Shown here one piece after another: positions 63,871 through 64,000 of a DNA stretch of 64,000 nt. The position numbers were made by a program, and so were the translations under genes. The notes beneath the pieces are model-generated. The model had not been told where the DNA came from. It saw nothing but the letters and a program-made list of their open reading frames with translations, and did not search any database. The stretch's first letter is position 1. Every line of letters begins with the position of its first letter. The stretch covers positions 186,001 through 250,000 of the forward strand of contig NW_020847002.1 of assembly GCF_003704095.1 (NCBI RefSeq), given 5' to 3'. Origin of the DNA: Pocillopora damicornis. Taxonomy: Eukaryota.

Positions 63871-64000
63871 AATCACCTCATTAACTCCAATTCAGGTGGC
63901 TCAAAGAGATATCAAATTGGGGGGTAGGGTCATTAATCTTCTGGAATGCCTCTAATGGGTTAGTTGTTATGTTTCTTTGGAGAACATGGTATTTATGACA

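Overview
AT-rich eukaryotic genomic DNA with short GT-AG introns. Gene content and repeat types suggest a cnidarian, probably a stony coral; this is an inference. Exon structures were reconstructed by hand and reading frames were checked across each junction. Gene order: dolichol kinase (+, 13 exons); SHB/SHF-type SH2 adaptor (+); a transposon-rich interval with a TTAA-flanked non-autonomous DNA element and a Penelope-like remnant carrying hammerhead-ribozyme motifs; a lipoxygenase (+); a BHMT pseudogene (-); dimethylglycine dehydrogenase (+, 15 exons); an intact BHMT (-, 8 exons); a collapsed third BHMT copy; a GPCR pseudogene; RBM8A (-); an intronless DBR1 (-); TIMM44 (+, 16 exons); and the first exon of a TMEM35/NACHO-like gene. 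Three highlights: (1) the lipoxygenase appears to have a signal peptide and a WSC-like Cys domain in place of the PLAT domain, with an R-type Gly and a C-terminal Thr; (2) a glycine-betaine catabolism cluster (three BHMT copies plus DMGDH) is undergoing birth-and-death; (3) minimal hammerhead ribozyme motifs are present, one in sense orientation inside a BHMT intron.
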